DNA of 64,000 nt from Alphaproteobacteria bacterium. Its GTDB lineage: Bacteria > Pseudomonadota > Alphaproteobacteria > MPNO01. The first letter of the stretch is position 1, and each line of letters opens with the position of its first letter. The DNA lies in assembly GCA_964291675.2 (NCBI GenBank), contig OZ219865.1, positions 1,024,001 to 1,088,000 on the forward strand, in the 5' to 3' direction. The translations under genes and the position numbers were made by a program. Positions 48,664-59,295 of this stretch are shown here, piece after piece. The notes below the pieces were generated by a model, which was given only the letters and a program-made list of their open reading frames with translations, made no database searches and had not been told where the DNA came from.

Positions 48664-49905
48664 TCAACCCCCGCCGCTGCGCTCGCGCTCCAGCGCGTTG
48701 CGCGCCAGCACCCTGCCGCGCTTGATCACCCAGCGCGGCGGCTGTTGCAGGCGGAGCACGTGCTGCACCGTGGGCGCGGCGAGGATGTTGAAATCCGCCC
48801 TGGTGCCGACATCGAGACCGTAGCCTTCGAGCCTCATCGCCTTGGCGGCGTTGCCGGTGATGAAGTCGAACACCGCGCGGATCTCGTCGGGATAGGTCAT
48901 GTGGCAGGCGTGGCAGACATGGGCCGCCACCTCCTGCTGGTCGTTGCGCCCGAACGGGTAGTAGGGGTCGTTCACGTCGTCCTGCGAGGCGAACACGTTG
49001 GCGCCGATCTTCCACAGATCCTTGGTCCGGGTCACCCCGCGCCGCATGTTGTTGGTGTCGTAGCGCCCCTGCGCCACCAGGCTGATCTGCGGGTTGGACG
49101 AGATCGAGACGCCGGCGTCGCGCACCAGGTTCATCACCTTGTGGGCGTGCACCTCGTCGTAAGCCGCGAGCGCGCCGCAATGGCTCGCCGACACCCGTCC
49201 CTGGTAGCCCTCGCGGATCGTCCTGGCGGCGAGGTATTCGAGCGAGCGGCTGTTCGCGTTGTCGGTGTCATCCACCAGCATGTGGATGTCCTTGTCGTAT
49301 TTCCTGGCGAGCTCGAAGCAGAAATCGATATGGGCGCGCGCGTCCTCGTCGAGATGCTCGTGCCAGGGCAGGCCGCCGACCACGTCGGCGCCCATGCGCA
49401 TCCCCTCCTCCATCAGCTCGTCGGTGCCGGGGTCGCGGATGATCGCCTCCTGCGGGAAGTCGACCGCCTCGATCTCGACGATCCCGGCGTATTTCTCGCG
49501 AAGCGCGATGATCCCTTCGAGCGGGCGCAGCCCGCCGATCGAGTCGACGTCGGCGAAGACGCGGAACACCGTCGAGCCGTTGAGGATCCCCTCCTCGATC
49601 GCCCGGCTCGCGCGCTCGACGATGTCGTCCACCGTGTAGGTCCGCTTGTGCTCCCAGGTGATCTCCAGGCATTCCTGGAAGCTGTTGGTGAGGTTGGGGC
49701 GCATCACGTCGCCCAGATTGCACTTGTCGAGATGGACGTGGCCGTTGACATAGGTGGGCGCGGCGAGGTTGCCCGCGGCGTCGATCTCGCTCTCCGCGCT
49801 CGCCTCGATCCCGCGGTCGATGGCGGCGATCCTGCCGTCCTCCACGCCGATTTCCCACGCGCCGTCGCGGTCGAGAAGCCGCGCGTTGCGAACGATCAGG
49901 TCCAT
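48664..49905 (-). CDS. cytosine/creatinine deaminase-like amidohydrolase
   Basis: NGHVHLDK, VVGGLP, ASHCGAL, SQDDVNDPYYPFG. Confidence 0.9.
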   Translation of the reverse strand: MDLIVRNARLLDRDGAWEIGVEDGRIAAIDRGIEASAESEIDAAGNLAAPTYVNGHVHLDKCNLGDVMRPNLTNSFQECLEITWEHKRTYTVDDIVERASRAIEEGILNGSTVFRVFADVDSIGGLRPLEGIIALREKYAGIVEIEAVDFPQEAIIRDPGTDELMEEGMRMGADVVGGLPWHEHLDEDARAHIDFCFELARKYDKDIHMLVDDTDNANSRSLEYLAARTIREGYQGRVSASHCGALAAYDEVHAHKVMNLVRDAGVSISSNPQISLVAQGRYDTNNMRRGVTRTKDLWKIGANVFASQDDVNDPYYPFGRNDQQEVAAHVCHACHMTYPDEIRAVFDFITGNAAKAMRLEGYGLDVGTRADFNILAAPTVQHVLRLQQPPRWVIKRGRVLARNALERERSGGG

Positions 49906-49926
49906 GATGTCTCTCCCGCCGGCGTT

Positions 49927-50448
49927 TCAGCTCTGCTTTATCTTGCCTTCCTCGTCGAGCTCCAGCCCGGTCTCGCGGGCCGCCTCGATGACCTTGTCGT
50001 GCCATTGGACGCCCGGCGGGTTGCTGCCTTCGATGACCCCGATCAGCACGGCGTACTCGTCGCCCGCGTTCCTGAAGCCGCGCATCACCCCGGTCGGGAT
50101 CGAGATCACGTCGCCCTGCTCCAGGATCGCCTCGTTCTCGCCGTCGTCGCCCCAGTAGATCGACCAGCGCCCGGTCAGCGGGATGAACACCTCGATGGTC
50201 TCGTGGCTGTGCAGCGCGGATCCCTTGCCGGGCTCGCAGCCGTTATGAGTGACGGTGAAGCTGCGGGCATCGGCGATGGCGGGCCTGGTGTCGGGGTCCT
50301 CGTTAACGCCGTAGCCGATCATGTTGAATATGTCGCGCTCGTGGTCGGGAAGCCTGGTGTCCACGAAAGCCATCTTGTTCGGCTTCATGCCGGCGAAGCG
50401 CGCGATCCTCGTCTCCATCTCGGCCTTGGAAACATTGCGTGTCTTCAT
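49927..50448 (-). CDS. cupin domain protein
   Basis: GSALHSHETIEVF, GDVISIPTGVMRGFRN. Confidence 0.85.
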   Translation of the reverse strand: MKTRNVSKAEMETRIARFAGMKPNKMAFVDTRLPDHERDIFNMIGYGVNEDPDTRPAIADARSFTVTHNGCEPGKGSALHSHETIEVFIPLTGRWSIYWGDDGENEAILEQGDVISIPTGVMRGFRNAGDEYAVLIGVIEGSNPPGVQWHDKVIEAARETGLELDEEGKIKQS

Positions 50449-50568
50449 CGTCCGTCCCCGGTCTCGATAAGGCTGTCGGCAGCGTAGCGCCGCGCCGCCG
50501 CAAGCCGCAAGCGGGCTCGGGGTCCGGAATGGCCGCCGTGAGCCGGGATCTGGAACGGTGGGCGGCCC

Positions 50569-51267
50569 CTACTCCGCCGCTTCGGTCCCCGCGTCGAGGA
50601 GTTGGGCGACGTAGAACCCGCGCCGGGTCAGGCTCTTGGCGAACTCGTCCTCGAAATGCGCGACCACCGAGCCGGTGACCAGCTCCTCGGCGAGCAGCGC
50701 ATCCGACCACGCCTTGACCAGCGGAAAGCCGTCCAGGAACCCGGTCGCGAGGTAGCGCTCGGCGAACGCGAAGCGCTGGAAGAACGGCGCATAGGCCGCA
50801 TCGACCAGGCACAGCGTCTCGCCGTTGAAGAACGGGCCGTCATTGCCGCGCTCGCGCTCGATCGCCTCTTCGAGCCGGGCCACCCGCCTGGGCGCCTGGG
50901 CCAGCCCTTCCGCCATCGCTTCCGGGGTCTTGGTGTAGTAGATGCCCATCAGCGCCTTGGCGAAGTCGGGCACGAAGTCGGTCCACGCGCGGTTGCGGGC
51001 GCGCTCGACCGGGTCCTCGGGGTGCAGCCGGGGCGGCACCATCTCGTCGAGGAACTCGGCGATGGCGTTGGATTCGTAGAGCGGCTCGTCGCCGACCACC
51101 AGCACCGGAACCTTGCCGTGCGGCGAGATCTTCAGGAACCAGTCGGGCTTCTCGAGCAGGTTGATGTAGGTTACGTCGAACTCGACTCGCTTGGCGCGCA
51201 TCAGGATCACGGCGCGCTGCACCCAGGGTCAGGTGAACGAGCTGATCAGGTGATATTTTTCGGTCAT
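50569..51267 (-). CDS. omega/Cys-type glutathione S-transferase with in-frame TGA at the catalytic Cys (candidate selenoprotein)
   Basis: RBS GGAG, then ATG-TEKYHLISSFT-TGA-PWVQRAVI in frame with KPDWFLKISPHGKVPVL..ESNAI. Confidence 0.85.
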
Positions 51268-51352
51268 TCGCTGTCTCCGTCGCGGACCGTCGGCGGCCCG
51301 GTGCCGAACATAGGGCGCGCTTCCGTCCCGGTCAAAACGACGGGATGAGCGG

Positions 51353-51946
51353 ATGCCCGACTTCGCGCTCGAAGAGGCCTCCGGCGGGCCGGTCGCCGGC
51401 ATCGACGAGGCCGGGCGGGGGCCGTGGGCCGGGCCGGTGGTCGCGGCGGCGGTGATCCTCGATCCCCTGGCGCTGCCCGCCGGGCTCGACGACTCGAAGA
51501 CGCTCACGGCGGCGCGGCGCGGCGACCTCTATCGCCGGCTCCTGGGTTGCGCCGAGATCGGCGTCGGCGCCGCCAGCGTGCGCGAGATCGAGCAGCTCAA
51601 CATCTTGCAGGCCACCCTGGCCGCGATGGCCCGGGCGCTCGCCGCCCTGCCCCGGCGCCCCGCCACCGCCCTGGTCGACGGCAACCGCGCCCCCGACCTG
51701 CCCTGCCGGGTGGAGACGGTGGTGCGCGGCGATTCGCGCTCGCTCTCCATCGCCGCCGCCTCGATCGTCGCCAAGGTGACGCGCGACGGCATCATGGCGC
51801 GGCTCGCTTCGCGCTATCCCGGCTTCGGCTGGGAGCGCAACGCGGGCTACGGCACGGCGGAGCACAGGCGGGCGCTCGCCCGGCTCGGCGCGACCCCGCA
51901 TCATCGGCGGTGCTTCGCGCCGATCCGCGCGATCCTCGAGAGCTAG
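51353..51946 (+). CDS. rnhB: ribonuclease HII
   Basis: [37 protein letters not shown]. Confidence 0.96.
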   Translation: MPDFALEEASGGPVAGIDEAGRGPWAGPVVAAAVILDPLALPAGLDDSKTLTAARRGDLYRRLLGCAEIGVGAASVREIEQLNILQATLAAMARALAALPRRPATALVDGNRAPDLPCRVETVVRGDSRSLSIAAASIVAKVTRDGIMARLASRYPGFGWERNAGYGTAEHRRALARLGATPHHRRCFAPIRAILES

Positions 51947-52989
51947 CCCGAATGCGCCAGCGCGTGGCGCACGACCTTCTTCATCACCGACGGCAGCGCG
52001 TGTTCGCCGAGCCGCGCCACCGGCGTCCAGACCCCTTCCACCGGTCGCCACTCCTTGACGACGCCGGAGACGATCTCCAGCTCCAGGTGGAAATGGGTGA
52101 AGGTATGGCGCACCCCTCCCGGTACGGGCCGCCAGTCGGCGCGCGCGGGCGCGTGGGCGAGCGCCCGCGGACCCGCCCGCGTGTCCCGCCAATCGGTCGA
52201 GGGGATTTCCATCATCCCGCCCAAGAGCCCGCTCTCGGGGCGCCGGCGGAGCAACACCGCCCCGTCGGGCCGCCTCGCCCAGAAGGCGGTGCCGTAGCGC
52301 GTCGGCCGCTGCGCCCGGGTCTCGCGCCGGGGCAGGTTTTCGGCGGTCCCGGCGCGGAACGCCGCGCAGTCCTGCGGCAACGGGCAGATTCCGCAGCGGG
52401 GCGACCGCGGCGTGCAGACCGTCGCGCCGAGATCCATCATCGCCTGGACGTGGTCGCCCGGCCGGGCATGCGGCGTGAGACCGGCGGCGAGGCGGCGCAG
52501 CGCGGGCTTGGCGCGCGGCAGGGGCTCCTCGACCGCGAACAGGCGCGCCACCACCCGCTCGACATTGCCGTCGACCGCGGTGGCCGGGCGGTCGAAGGCG
52601 ATCGCGGCGATCGCCGCCGCGGTGTAGGCGCCGATCCCGGGGAGCGCCCGCAGGGCCTCCTCGCTGTCCGGGAAGCGGCCGCCATGCTCGCGGACCAGCA
52701 GCCTCGCGCATCTGTGCAGGTTGCGCGCGCGGGCGTAGTAGCCGAGCCCCTGCCAGGCATGCAGCACCTCGTCGAGCTCCGCCTGGGCGAGCGCTTCGAG
52801 GGTCGGCCAGCGGGCGAGGAAACGCCCGAAATACCCCGCCACCGTTGCGACCGTCGTCTGCTGCAACATGATTTCGCTGAGCCAGACCCGGTAGGGATCG
52901 GGACGGCGGCCGGGCGGCGCGCGCCACGGCAGGTCGCGGCGGTGCCGGTCGTACCACGCCAGCAGCTTCCCGGCTGCGCTTCGGTCCAC
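51943..52989 (-). CDS. mutY: A/G-specific adenine glycosylase
   Basis: [49 protein letters not shown]; start codon uncertain. Confidence 0.96.
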   Translation of the reverse strand: MDRSAAGKLLAWYDRHRRDLPWRAPPGRRPDPYRVWLSEIMLQQTTVATVAGYFGRFLARWPTLEALAQAELDEVLHAWQGLGYYARARNLHRCARLLVREHGGRFPDSEEALRALPGIGAYTAAAIAAIAFDRPATAVDGNVERVVARLFAVEEPLPRAKPALRRLAAGLTPHARPGDHVQAMMDLGATVCTPRSPRCGICPLPQDCAAFRAGTAENLPRRETRAQRPTRYGTAFWARRPDGAVLLRRRPESGLLGGMMEIPSTDWRDTRAGPRALAHAPARADWRPVPGGVRHTFTHFHLELEIVSGVVKEWRPVEGVWTPVARLGEHALPSVMKKVVRHALAHSG

Positions 52990-53076
52990 GCGACGAGTTC
53001 CCACGGGCGTCGGTTCGTTGTCTCGCCCGTCCGCCCAGCCTACCATGCCTCGGCGGAAGCCTGCGGCGGAGCGGCC

Positions 53077-53517
53077 ATGGCAGCGCGCTTGAGCAAGCTG
53101 ATCCCCGGGATCGTCGGCGAAGCGTTTCGGCGGCGGGGCTTCGTGGAGCCCGTGCTGGCGACCAGCTGGCGGGACATCGTGGGCGAGGAGACGGCGCGGC
53201 GCGCGATCCCGATCCGGATCGACTTTCCGCGCGGGTCGAGAAGCGGCGGGACGCTGCACATCCGCGTCGAAGGCGCGCATGCGCCCGACCTCCAGCACAA
53301 CGCGCCGCGAATCGTCGAACGGATCAACAGCTTCCACGGCTATGCCGCGGTCGCCCGGATCGCGCTGCACCAGGGACCGGTGGAGACGCGCGAGCCGTCG
53401 CCCACACCCCGCGAGCCCGCCGGGAGGAAGGCGCCGGAGATCGGCGGCGTGAACGACCCGCGGTTGCGGGAAGCGCTGCGCGGGCTGGGAACGACGATCC
53501 GGGACGGTTCGGAATAG
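53077..53517 (+). CDS. DUF721/DciA family protein
   Basis: RRRGF, WRDIVG, LQH...IVERINSFHGY; typical mutY-DUF721-dsbA-smc synteny. Confidence 0.85.
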   Translation: MAARLSKLIPGIVGEAFRRRGFVEPVLATSWRDIVGEETARRAIPIRIDFPRGSRSGGTLHIRVEGAHAPDLQHNAPRIVERINSFHGYAAVARIALHQGPVETREPSPTPREPAGRKAPEIGGVNDPRLREALRGLGTTIRDGSE

Positions 53518-53602
53518 CCCCGCCCGGCAGAAACCCCGTTCGGCGCCGACGCAACATGAAGCTGGACGCCGATAGCGGAATCCATCTAAATATTGTGGTA
53601 GG

Positions 53603-54283
53603 ATGACCGAAATGTGGAACATGTGGCATATGAGCCGCCGAACGCTGGTTGGCGGCATCGTGTCCCTCGGGTGCTTTCTGGCCGTCTCCGGCGTCTTCTG
53701 GAGCACCGCGCCGAAGGCTCAGGTCCCGAAGCCGGAAGAGACTTTCGGCTCGGTGGCGATCGACGCCGGGGACAAGGTGCTGGGCCGCGCCGATGCGCCG
53801 GTGACCATCGTCGAGTACGCCTCCTTCACCTGCCCGCATTGCGCACATTTCCACGCCGACATCCTGCCGGAGCTCAAGAAGGCCTATATCGATACCGGCA
53901 AGGCCCGGCTGGTCTATCGCGATTTCCCGCTCGACCGCTACGCGTTCGCCGCCTCGGTGGTGGCGCGCTGCGCCGCGAACGACCGCTATTTCGGCATGGT
54001 CGACCTGCTGTACCGGGAACAGCCGCGCTGGTCGGGCGCGGAGAACCCGGTCGCCGCGCTCGGCGGCCTCGCCATGCTGGCCGGCATTTCGAAGAAGAAG
54101 CTGGAATCCTGCCTCCGCGACGAAGGGCTTCAGAAGACCGTGCTCCAGCAGCGCCTCACGGCGAGCCAGCAATACAAGGTGACGTCGACGCCGACCCTGA
54201 TCGTCAACGGCGCGAATTATGGCGGCGATCTGACGCTCGACCAGCTCCGCGCCGTGATCGACGCGATCCTGTCGGGGTCGTAG
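53603..54283 (+). CDS. DsbA family thioredoxin-fold protein
   Basis: APVTIVEYASFTCPHCAHFH, YRDFPLD, STPT. Confidence 0.92.
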   Translation: MTEMWNMWHMSRRTLVGGIVSLGCFLAVSGVFWSTAPKAQVPKPEETFGSVAIDAGDKVLGRADAPVTIVEYASFTCPHCAHFHADILPELKKAYIDTGKARLVYRDFPLDRYAFAASVVARCAANDRYFGMVDLLYREQPRWSGAENPVAALGGLAMLAGISKKKLESCLRDEGLQKTVLQQRLTASQQYKVTSTPTLIVNGANYGGDLTLDQLRAVIDAILSGS

Positions 54284-54298
54284 CGGGGACGGGTTCCG

Positions 54299-57200
54299 GT
54301 GGAATTCTCACGCCTCCGACTGACCGGGTTCAAGTCCTTCGTCGACCCGACGGATGTCTACATCGACCCGGGCCTCACCGGCGTCGTCGGTCCGAACGGC
54401 TGCGGCAAGTCCAATATCGTCGAGGCGTTGCGCTGGGTGATGGGCGAGACCGCGCCGCGGCAGATGCGCTCCTCCGAGATGGACGAGGTGATCTTCGCGG
54501 GCACCGCCGACCGGCCGGCGCGCAACATGGCCGAGGTGCTGCTGAGCCTCGACAACTCGGAGCGCGACGCGCCGGCGGCCTATAACGAGGGGCCCGAGAT
54601 CAATGTCGCGCGCCGGATCGAGCGCGGCAGCGGCTCGCAGTTCCGCGTCAACGGCCGGGAGGTGCGCGCGCGCGACGTGCAGACCCTGTTCGCGGACGCG
54701 GCCTCGGGGGCGCGCGCAACCGCGATCGTCAACCAGGGACAGGTCGGCGACCTGATCGGCGCGAAGCCCGCGGAACGCCGCCGGGTGCTGGAGGACGCCG
54801 CCGGCATCACCGGGCTCCACGCCCGCCGCCACGAGGCGGAGCTCCGCCTGCGCGCGGCGGAGACCAATCTGGACCGGCTGGAAGACGTCATCGGCGCGCT
54901 GGAGGAGCAGCATCGCGGGCTCAAGCGCCAGGCGCGCCAGGCCACGAGATACCGCAATTTGAGCGACCGCATCCGGCGCGCCGAGGCCGCCCTTCTCCAT
55001 CGCCGCTGGATCGCGGCCACCCGGGCGATGGCGGAGGCGCGGGACGCGCTTGCGCAGGCCGAGACGGCGGTGGCGGAGATCGCCGGCGTCGTGGCGCGCG
55101 CAACCGCGGCGCGGGAAGACGCCGAGGCGGCGATCCCGCCGCTGCGCGAGGCGGAACGGCAGACGGCGGACGCCCTGCGGACGCTGATGGTCCGGCGCGA
55201 CGGGCTGGAGCAGGAGGCGCGCAGGGTCGCGCAGGCGGTCGAGGCGCTGGACGTGCAGATCCGCCAGCTCGAAGGCGACGCCGCGGGCGCGCGCGACCGC
55301 GCCGCCGACGCCGAGGCGGCCCTCGCGCGGCTCGCCGCCGAGCTCGACGGCATCGCCGCCGGCGAGGCGGGCCACGAGGAGGCGCTGGCCGAGATCGCCT
55401 TCCGGCTCGCCCGCGCGGGAGAAGCGGACGAGGCGGCGGAGCACGCGCATGCAACGGCGCTGCGCGACCTCACCGAGGCCAGTGCGGGCAGGCGCGCGCT
55501 CGAGCAGCGGATCGCGGAAGCCCGGGCGCGGCGCGACCGAATCGCCGCGCGCCGCCGGGGGCTCGAGGAGGAGCGGGCGACACACGGCCCGCTCGGGCAG
55601 TTCGAGCGCGCTGTGGCCGACGCCGAGGCGGCGACCTCCGGGGCGGAGTCGCGGCTGCGCCAGGCGCAGGCGGCGCTGGAGACTGCCGAGGCGGGACGCG
55701 CGCGTTGCGCCGCGGAGGACGAGGCGGCACGTCTTGAATTGCGCGCCGCCGAGGGCGAGGCCGGCAAGGCGAAATCGGAGATCGACGCCCTCGCCGCGCT
55801 GCTCGATCTCGGCGAGCCGGGGCTCTGGCCGCCGATGATCGACCTGGTCGCGGTCGAGACCGGATACGAAATCGCGCTCGGCGCCGCGCTCGGCGACGAT
55901 CTCCTGGCATCCGGCGACCGGGCCGCTCCGCTGCACTGGCGCGAGACCGCCGGGGATGGCGCGGCGCCGGCCCTGCCGCCCGGGACCCCTCCCCTTTCCG
56001 ACTTCGTCGATGCGCCGGCCGCGCTGCGGCTCAGGCTGTCGCAGATCGGGCTGATCGACGAGGCGGATGGCGATGCGCTGTCGCGGGACCTGGTTCAGGG
56101 CCAGCGTCTCGTCGCGCGGAGCGGCGCGCTGTGGCGCTGGGACGGCTACCGCGTGACGGCGGGAACGCCCACCGCCGCCGCCAAGCGCATGGCCCAGCGC
56201 AACCGGCTGGAAGAGCTGCGCGGCACCCTCGCGGCGCTGGATCGGTCGCGCGAAGACGCCGCCGCCGCCGCCGAGACGGCCGGCGGGCGTCTCGGCGCGG
56301 CGATCGCGGCGGAGGACGGGGCGCGCGCCGCCCGGCGGGATGCGGAAGCGGCGCTGGCCGATGCCAGGGCCGGCGAATCCGGGGCCGCGGCGGCGCTCGC
56401 CGGCGAGCGGTCCTGGCGCAAGTCGGCGGCCGACGCCGAGGCCGCCATGGCGACCGAGCTCGACGAGGCGGAGGCGGCGCTGGCCGAGGCGGAAGGGGAG
56501 CTCCGCTCGCTCGCCGATTCCGCGCTCCTGAGCGACGCGGTGGAGCGGGCGAAGGCCGTGCTCGACGAAGCGCGCCGCCGGGTCGCCGAAATCGGCCGGG
56601 AGCATCAGCGGACACTCGCCCAAGCCGAGCAGCGGGCGCGGCGCAAGACGGCGATCGAGGGCGATATCGGGTCCTGGCGGGAGCGCGCGTCCGACGCCCG
56701 ACGCGGCATCGAGGATTTCGCCGCGCGCATCGACGAGGCGGCGGCGGAGCGCGCCGCGCTGGCGGAACGCCCGGCCGCGCTGGCCCGCGAAGCGGAAACC
56801 CTATCCGCCGATATCGCCGGGGCGGATGCCGAGCGCGACCGGGCGGCCGGCGCACTCGCGGATGCCGAAGCGCGGCTGGACGACGCCGCGCGGTCGCTGC
56901 GCACCGACGAGAACCGGCTCGCCGAGAGGCGCGAGGAACGCGTCCGCCGCGAGGCCGAGCTGGAGCAGGCGAGGCAGGGCCTCGACGCCGTGGCTGAGCG
57001 CGTGCGGGAGCGGATCGGCTGCGAGCCCGAGGCGATCGCCGAGGCGTTCGGGATCGACCCGGATGCGGAGCTGCCCGACGCCGACGCCCTCCAGGCGAGG
57101 CTCGACAAGCTCAACCGCGAACGCGAGAACATCGGACCGGTCAATCTGCGCGCCGATATCGAGGCGGCCGAGCTCGAAACCCGCATCGCCGAGATGTTCG

Positions 57201-57757
57201 GCGAGCGGGAGGATCTGCTGGGCGCCATCGCCAAGCTGCGCCACGGCATCGCGGGCCTCAACCGCGAGGGGCGCGAACGGCTGCTGGCGGCGTTCGAGAC
57301 CATCGACGGCCATTTCCGCACCGTCTTTACCCGGCTGTTCGGCGGCGGCAGCGCCCGGCTTGCGCTCACCGAGTCGGAGGACCCGTTCGAATCGGGTCTC
57401 GAGGTGATGGCGAGCCCGCCGGGCAAGCGGCTCCAGTCGATGTCGCTGATGTCGGGCGGGGAACAGGCGCTGACCGCTATCTCGCTGCTGTTCGCGGTGT
57501 TCCTGACCAACCCGGCGCCGATCTGCGTGCTCGACGAGGTCGACGCGCCGCTCGACGACAACAATGTCGACCGGTTCTGCAATCTGCTGGAAGAGATCTG
57601 CCGCGGCGGCGAGACCCGCTTCCTGCTGATCACCCATCACCGCCTGACCATGGCGCGGATGGACCGGCTCTACGGGGTGACCATGCCGGAGCCCGGCGTC
57701 TCCCGGCTCGTCTCGGTCGACCTGATGGCCGCCGAGCGGCTGCGCGAGCCGGCCTAG
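54299..57757 (+). CDS. smc: chromosome segregation protein SMC
   Basis: GFKSF, GPNGCGKSN, long coiled coils, MSGGEQAL, LDEVDAPLD. Confidence 0.97.
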   Translation: MEFSRLRLTGFKSFVDPTDVYIDPGLTGVVGPNGCGKSNIVEALRWVMGETAPRQMRSSEMDEVIFAGTADRPARNMAEVLLSLDNSERDAPAAYNEGPEINVARRIERGSGSQFRVNGREVRARDVQTLFADAASGARATAIVNQGQVGDLIGAKPAERRRVLEDAAGITGLHARRHEAELRLRAAETNLDRLEDVIGALEEQHRGLKRQARQATRYRNLSDRIRRAEAALLHRRWIAATRAMAEARDALAQAETAVAEIAGVVARATAAREDAEAAIPPLREAERQTADALRTLMVRRDGLEQEARRVAQAVEALDVQIRQLEGDAAGARDRAADAEAALARLAAELDGIAAGEAGHEEALAEIAFRLARAGEADEAAEHAHATALRDLTEASAGRRALEQRIAEARARRDRIAARRRGLEEERATHGPLGQFERAVADAEAATSGAESRLRQAQAALETAEAGRARCAAEDEAARLELRAAEGEAGKAKSEIDALAALLDLGEPGLWPPMIDLVAVETGYEIALGAALGDDLLASGDRAAPLHWRETAGDGAAPALPPGTPPLSDFVDAPAALRLRLSQIGLIDEADGDALSRDLVQGQRLVARSGALWRWDGYRVTAGTPTAAAKRMAQRNRLEELRGTLAALDRSREDAAAAAETAGGRLGAAIAAEDGARAARRDAEAALADARAGESGAAAALAGERSWRKSAADAEAAMATELDEAEAALAEAEGELRSLADSALLSDAVERAKAVLDEARRRVAEIGREHQRTLAQAEQRARRKTAIEGDIGSWRERASDARRGIEDFAARIDEAAAERAALAERPAALAREAETLSADIAGADAERDRAAGALADAEARLDDAARSLRTDENRLAERREERVRREAELEQARQGLDAVAERVRERIGCEPEAIAEAFGIDPDAELPDADALQARLDKLNRERENIGPVNLRADIEAAELETRIAEMFGEREDLLGAIAKLRHGIAGLNREGRERLLAAFETIDGHFRTVFTRLFGGGSARLALTESEDPFESGLEVMASPPGKRLQSMSLMSGGEQALTAISLLFAVFLTNPAPICVLDEVDAPLDDNNVDRFCNLLEEICRGGETRFLLITHHRLTMARMDRLYGVTMPEPGVSRLVSVDLMAAERLREPA

Positions 57758-57853
57758 GGGCGGATTCGCCGCGCCGCGAAGGCGGCGTGGGAGAGCCACC
57801 CCGATCCCCGTTTCATCATTGTTTTCAATCGTTTGAGAGGTATCCGTTAGACC

Positions 57854-57882
57854 TTGACAGGGTATCGGCACCTTCCTATCGT
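57854..57882 (+). promoter_or_regulatory. sigma70 promoter of the atp F0 operon
   Basis: TTGACA-N17-TATCGT with AT-rich upstream sequence. Confidence 0.7.
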
Positions 57883-57947
57883 GCGCCCGCCGTTGGCCTT
57901 GGCGCTCCCCGCGCCCGGGGTGCGCGGCGCGGCGTTGCAAGCGATCC

Positions 57948-58280
57948 ATGACCGAGCCCGAGCCTCCGCAACCCCTCCGGGACCTGGATAGGCGGCTCAA
58001 GCGGTTGCGTGCCGAAGAAGACGACGGTGCGCGCAGCGCGGCGGAGCGCGGCCGCGGGTTGAGCCTCGCGGTCAGGATCGGCGCGGAGCTGGTGGCCGCG
58101 CTGGCGGTGGGCGTCGGTATCGGGCTCCTGCTCGACGGCTGGCTGGGCACGGCGCCGTGGATGCTGGTCGGGTTCTTCGTTCTCGGCGCCGCCGCCGGGA
58201 TGCTGAACGTCTACCGGGTGATGGAGCGCATGAACCGGACCGCGGGCGACGCGACGGGCAAGAGAACGGGGGGCGAGTGA
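57948..58280 (+). CDS. atpI: AtpZ/AtpI family protein
   Basis: [25 protein letters not shown]...GMLNVYR. Confidence 0.9.
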   Translation: MTEPEPPQPLRDLDRRLKRLRAEEDDGARSAAERGRGLSLAVRIGAELVAALAVGVGIGLLLDGWLGTAPWMLVGFFVLGAAAGMLNVYRVMERMNRTAGDATGKRTGGE

Positions 58281-58281
58281 C

Positions 58282-59019
58282 ATGGCGAGCGCCGAACATC
58301 ACGGCCCGCTCTCGCAGTTCGAGATCAAGACGCTGCTGCCGATCCGCCTCGGCGAGGCCGACATCTCGTTCACCAACTCGTCGCTGATGATGGTGATCGC
58401 GCTATTCGCGATCACGCTGTTCCTGCTGCTCGGCGCGCGCAAGCGGGCGCTGGTGCCGGGGCGCTGGCAGTCGATCGCGGAGCTCTCCTACGAATTCATC
58501 GTCGGCCTGCTGCGCGACACCGTGGGGCCGGACGGGCGGCGCTATTTCCCCTTCGTGTTCACGCTGTTCATGTTCGTCCTGTTCGGCAACATGCTGGGGA
58601 TGATCCCCTACAGCTTCACCTTCACCAGCCACATCGTCGTGACCTTCGCCCTGGCGGCGGTGGTGTTCGTCGGGGTGACGATTCTCGGCTTCGTCAAGCA
58701 CGGTTTCCACTTCTTCTCGTTTTTCGTGCCGCCCGGCATTTCCGTGGCGCTGTGGCCGCTGATGATCCCGATCGAGATCATCTCCTACCTGTCGCGCCCG
58801 ATCAGCCTGTCGGTGCGGCTGTTCGCGAACATGCTTGCGGGGCATACGCTGCTCAAGGTGTTCGCCGGATTCGTGCCGGTGCTGGGGTTTGCCGGGGTCG
58901 TCCCGCTCGCCTTCGTCGCCGCGCTCTCGGGGCTCGAATTGCTGATCGCGTTCCTTCAGGCCTATGTGTTCGCGATCCTCACCTGCCTGTACATCAACGA
59001 CGCTCTGCACATGCACTGA
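58282..59019 (+). CDS. atpB: F0F1 ATP synthase subunit a
   Basis: SFTNSS, SRPISLSVRLFANMLAGH, LQAYVF. Confidence 0.97.
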   Translation: MASAEHHGPLSQFEIKTLLPIRLGEADISFTNSSLMMVIALFAITLFLLLGARKRALVPGRWQSIAELSYEFIVGLLRDTVGPDGRRYFPFVFTLFMFVLFGNMLGMIPYSFTFTSHIVVTFALAAVVFVGVTILGFVKHGFHFFSFFVPPGISVALWPLMIPIEIISYLSRPISLSVRLFANMLAGHTLLKVFAGFVPVLGFAGVVPLAFVAALSGLELLIAFLQAYVFAILTCLYINDALHMH

Positions 59020-59049
59020 GCGGCGGCATCCTGCGAAAGAGAGGACAAC

Positions 59050-59274
59050 ATGGAGCTTGACGCAGCCAAGGTCATCGGCGCCGGTCTCGCGGTGATCGGG
59101 GTCATCGGATCGGGTATCGGCATCGGTTCGATCTTCTCGGCATTCATCACGGCCGTGGGACGCAACCCGGCGGCTCGCGACGAAGTGTTCACCATGACCA
59201 TGCTGGGCTTCGCGCTGGTCGAGGCCATCGCGCTGTTCGCGCTGGTGATCGCGCTGATCATCCTGTTCGGCTAG
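59050..59274 (+). CDS. atpE: F0F1 ATP synthase subunit c
   Basis: GIGIG, RNPAA, GFALVEAIALF. Confidence 0.97.
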   Translation: MELDAAKVIGAGLAVIGVIGSGIGIGSIFSAFITAVGRNPAARDEVFTMTMLGFALVEAIALFALVIALIILFG

Positions 59275-59295
59275 CCGCCGGCGTTCGGAGCGGCC

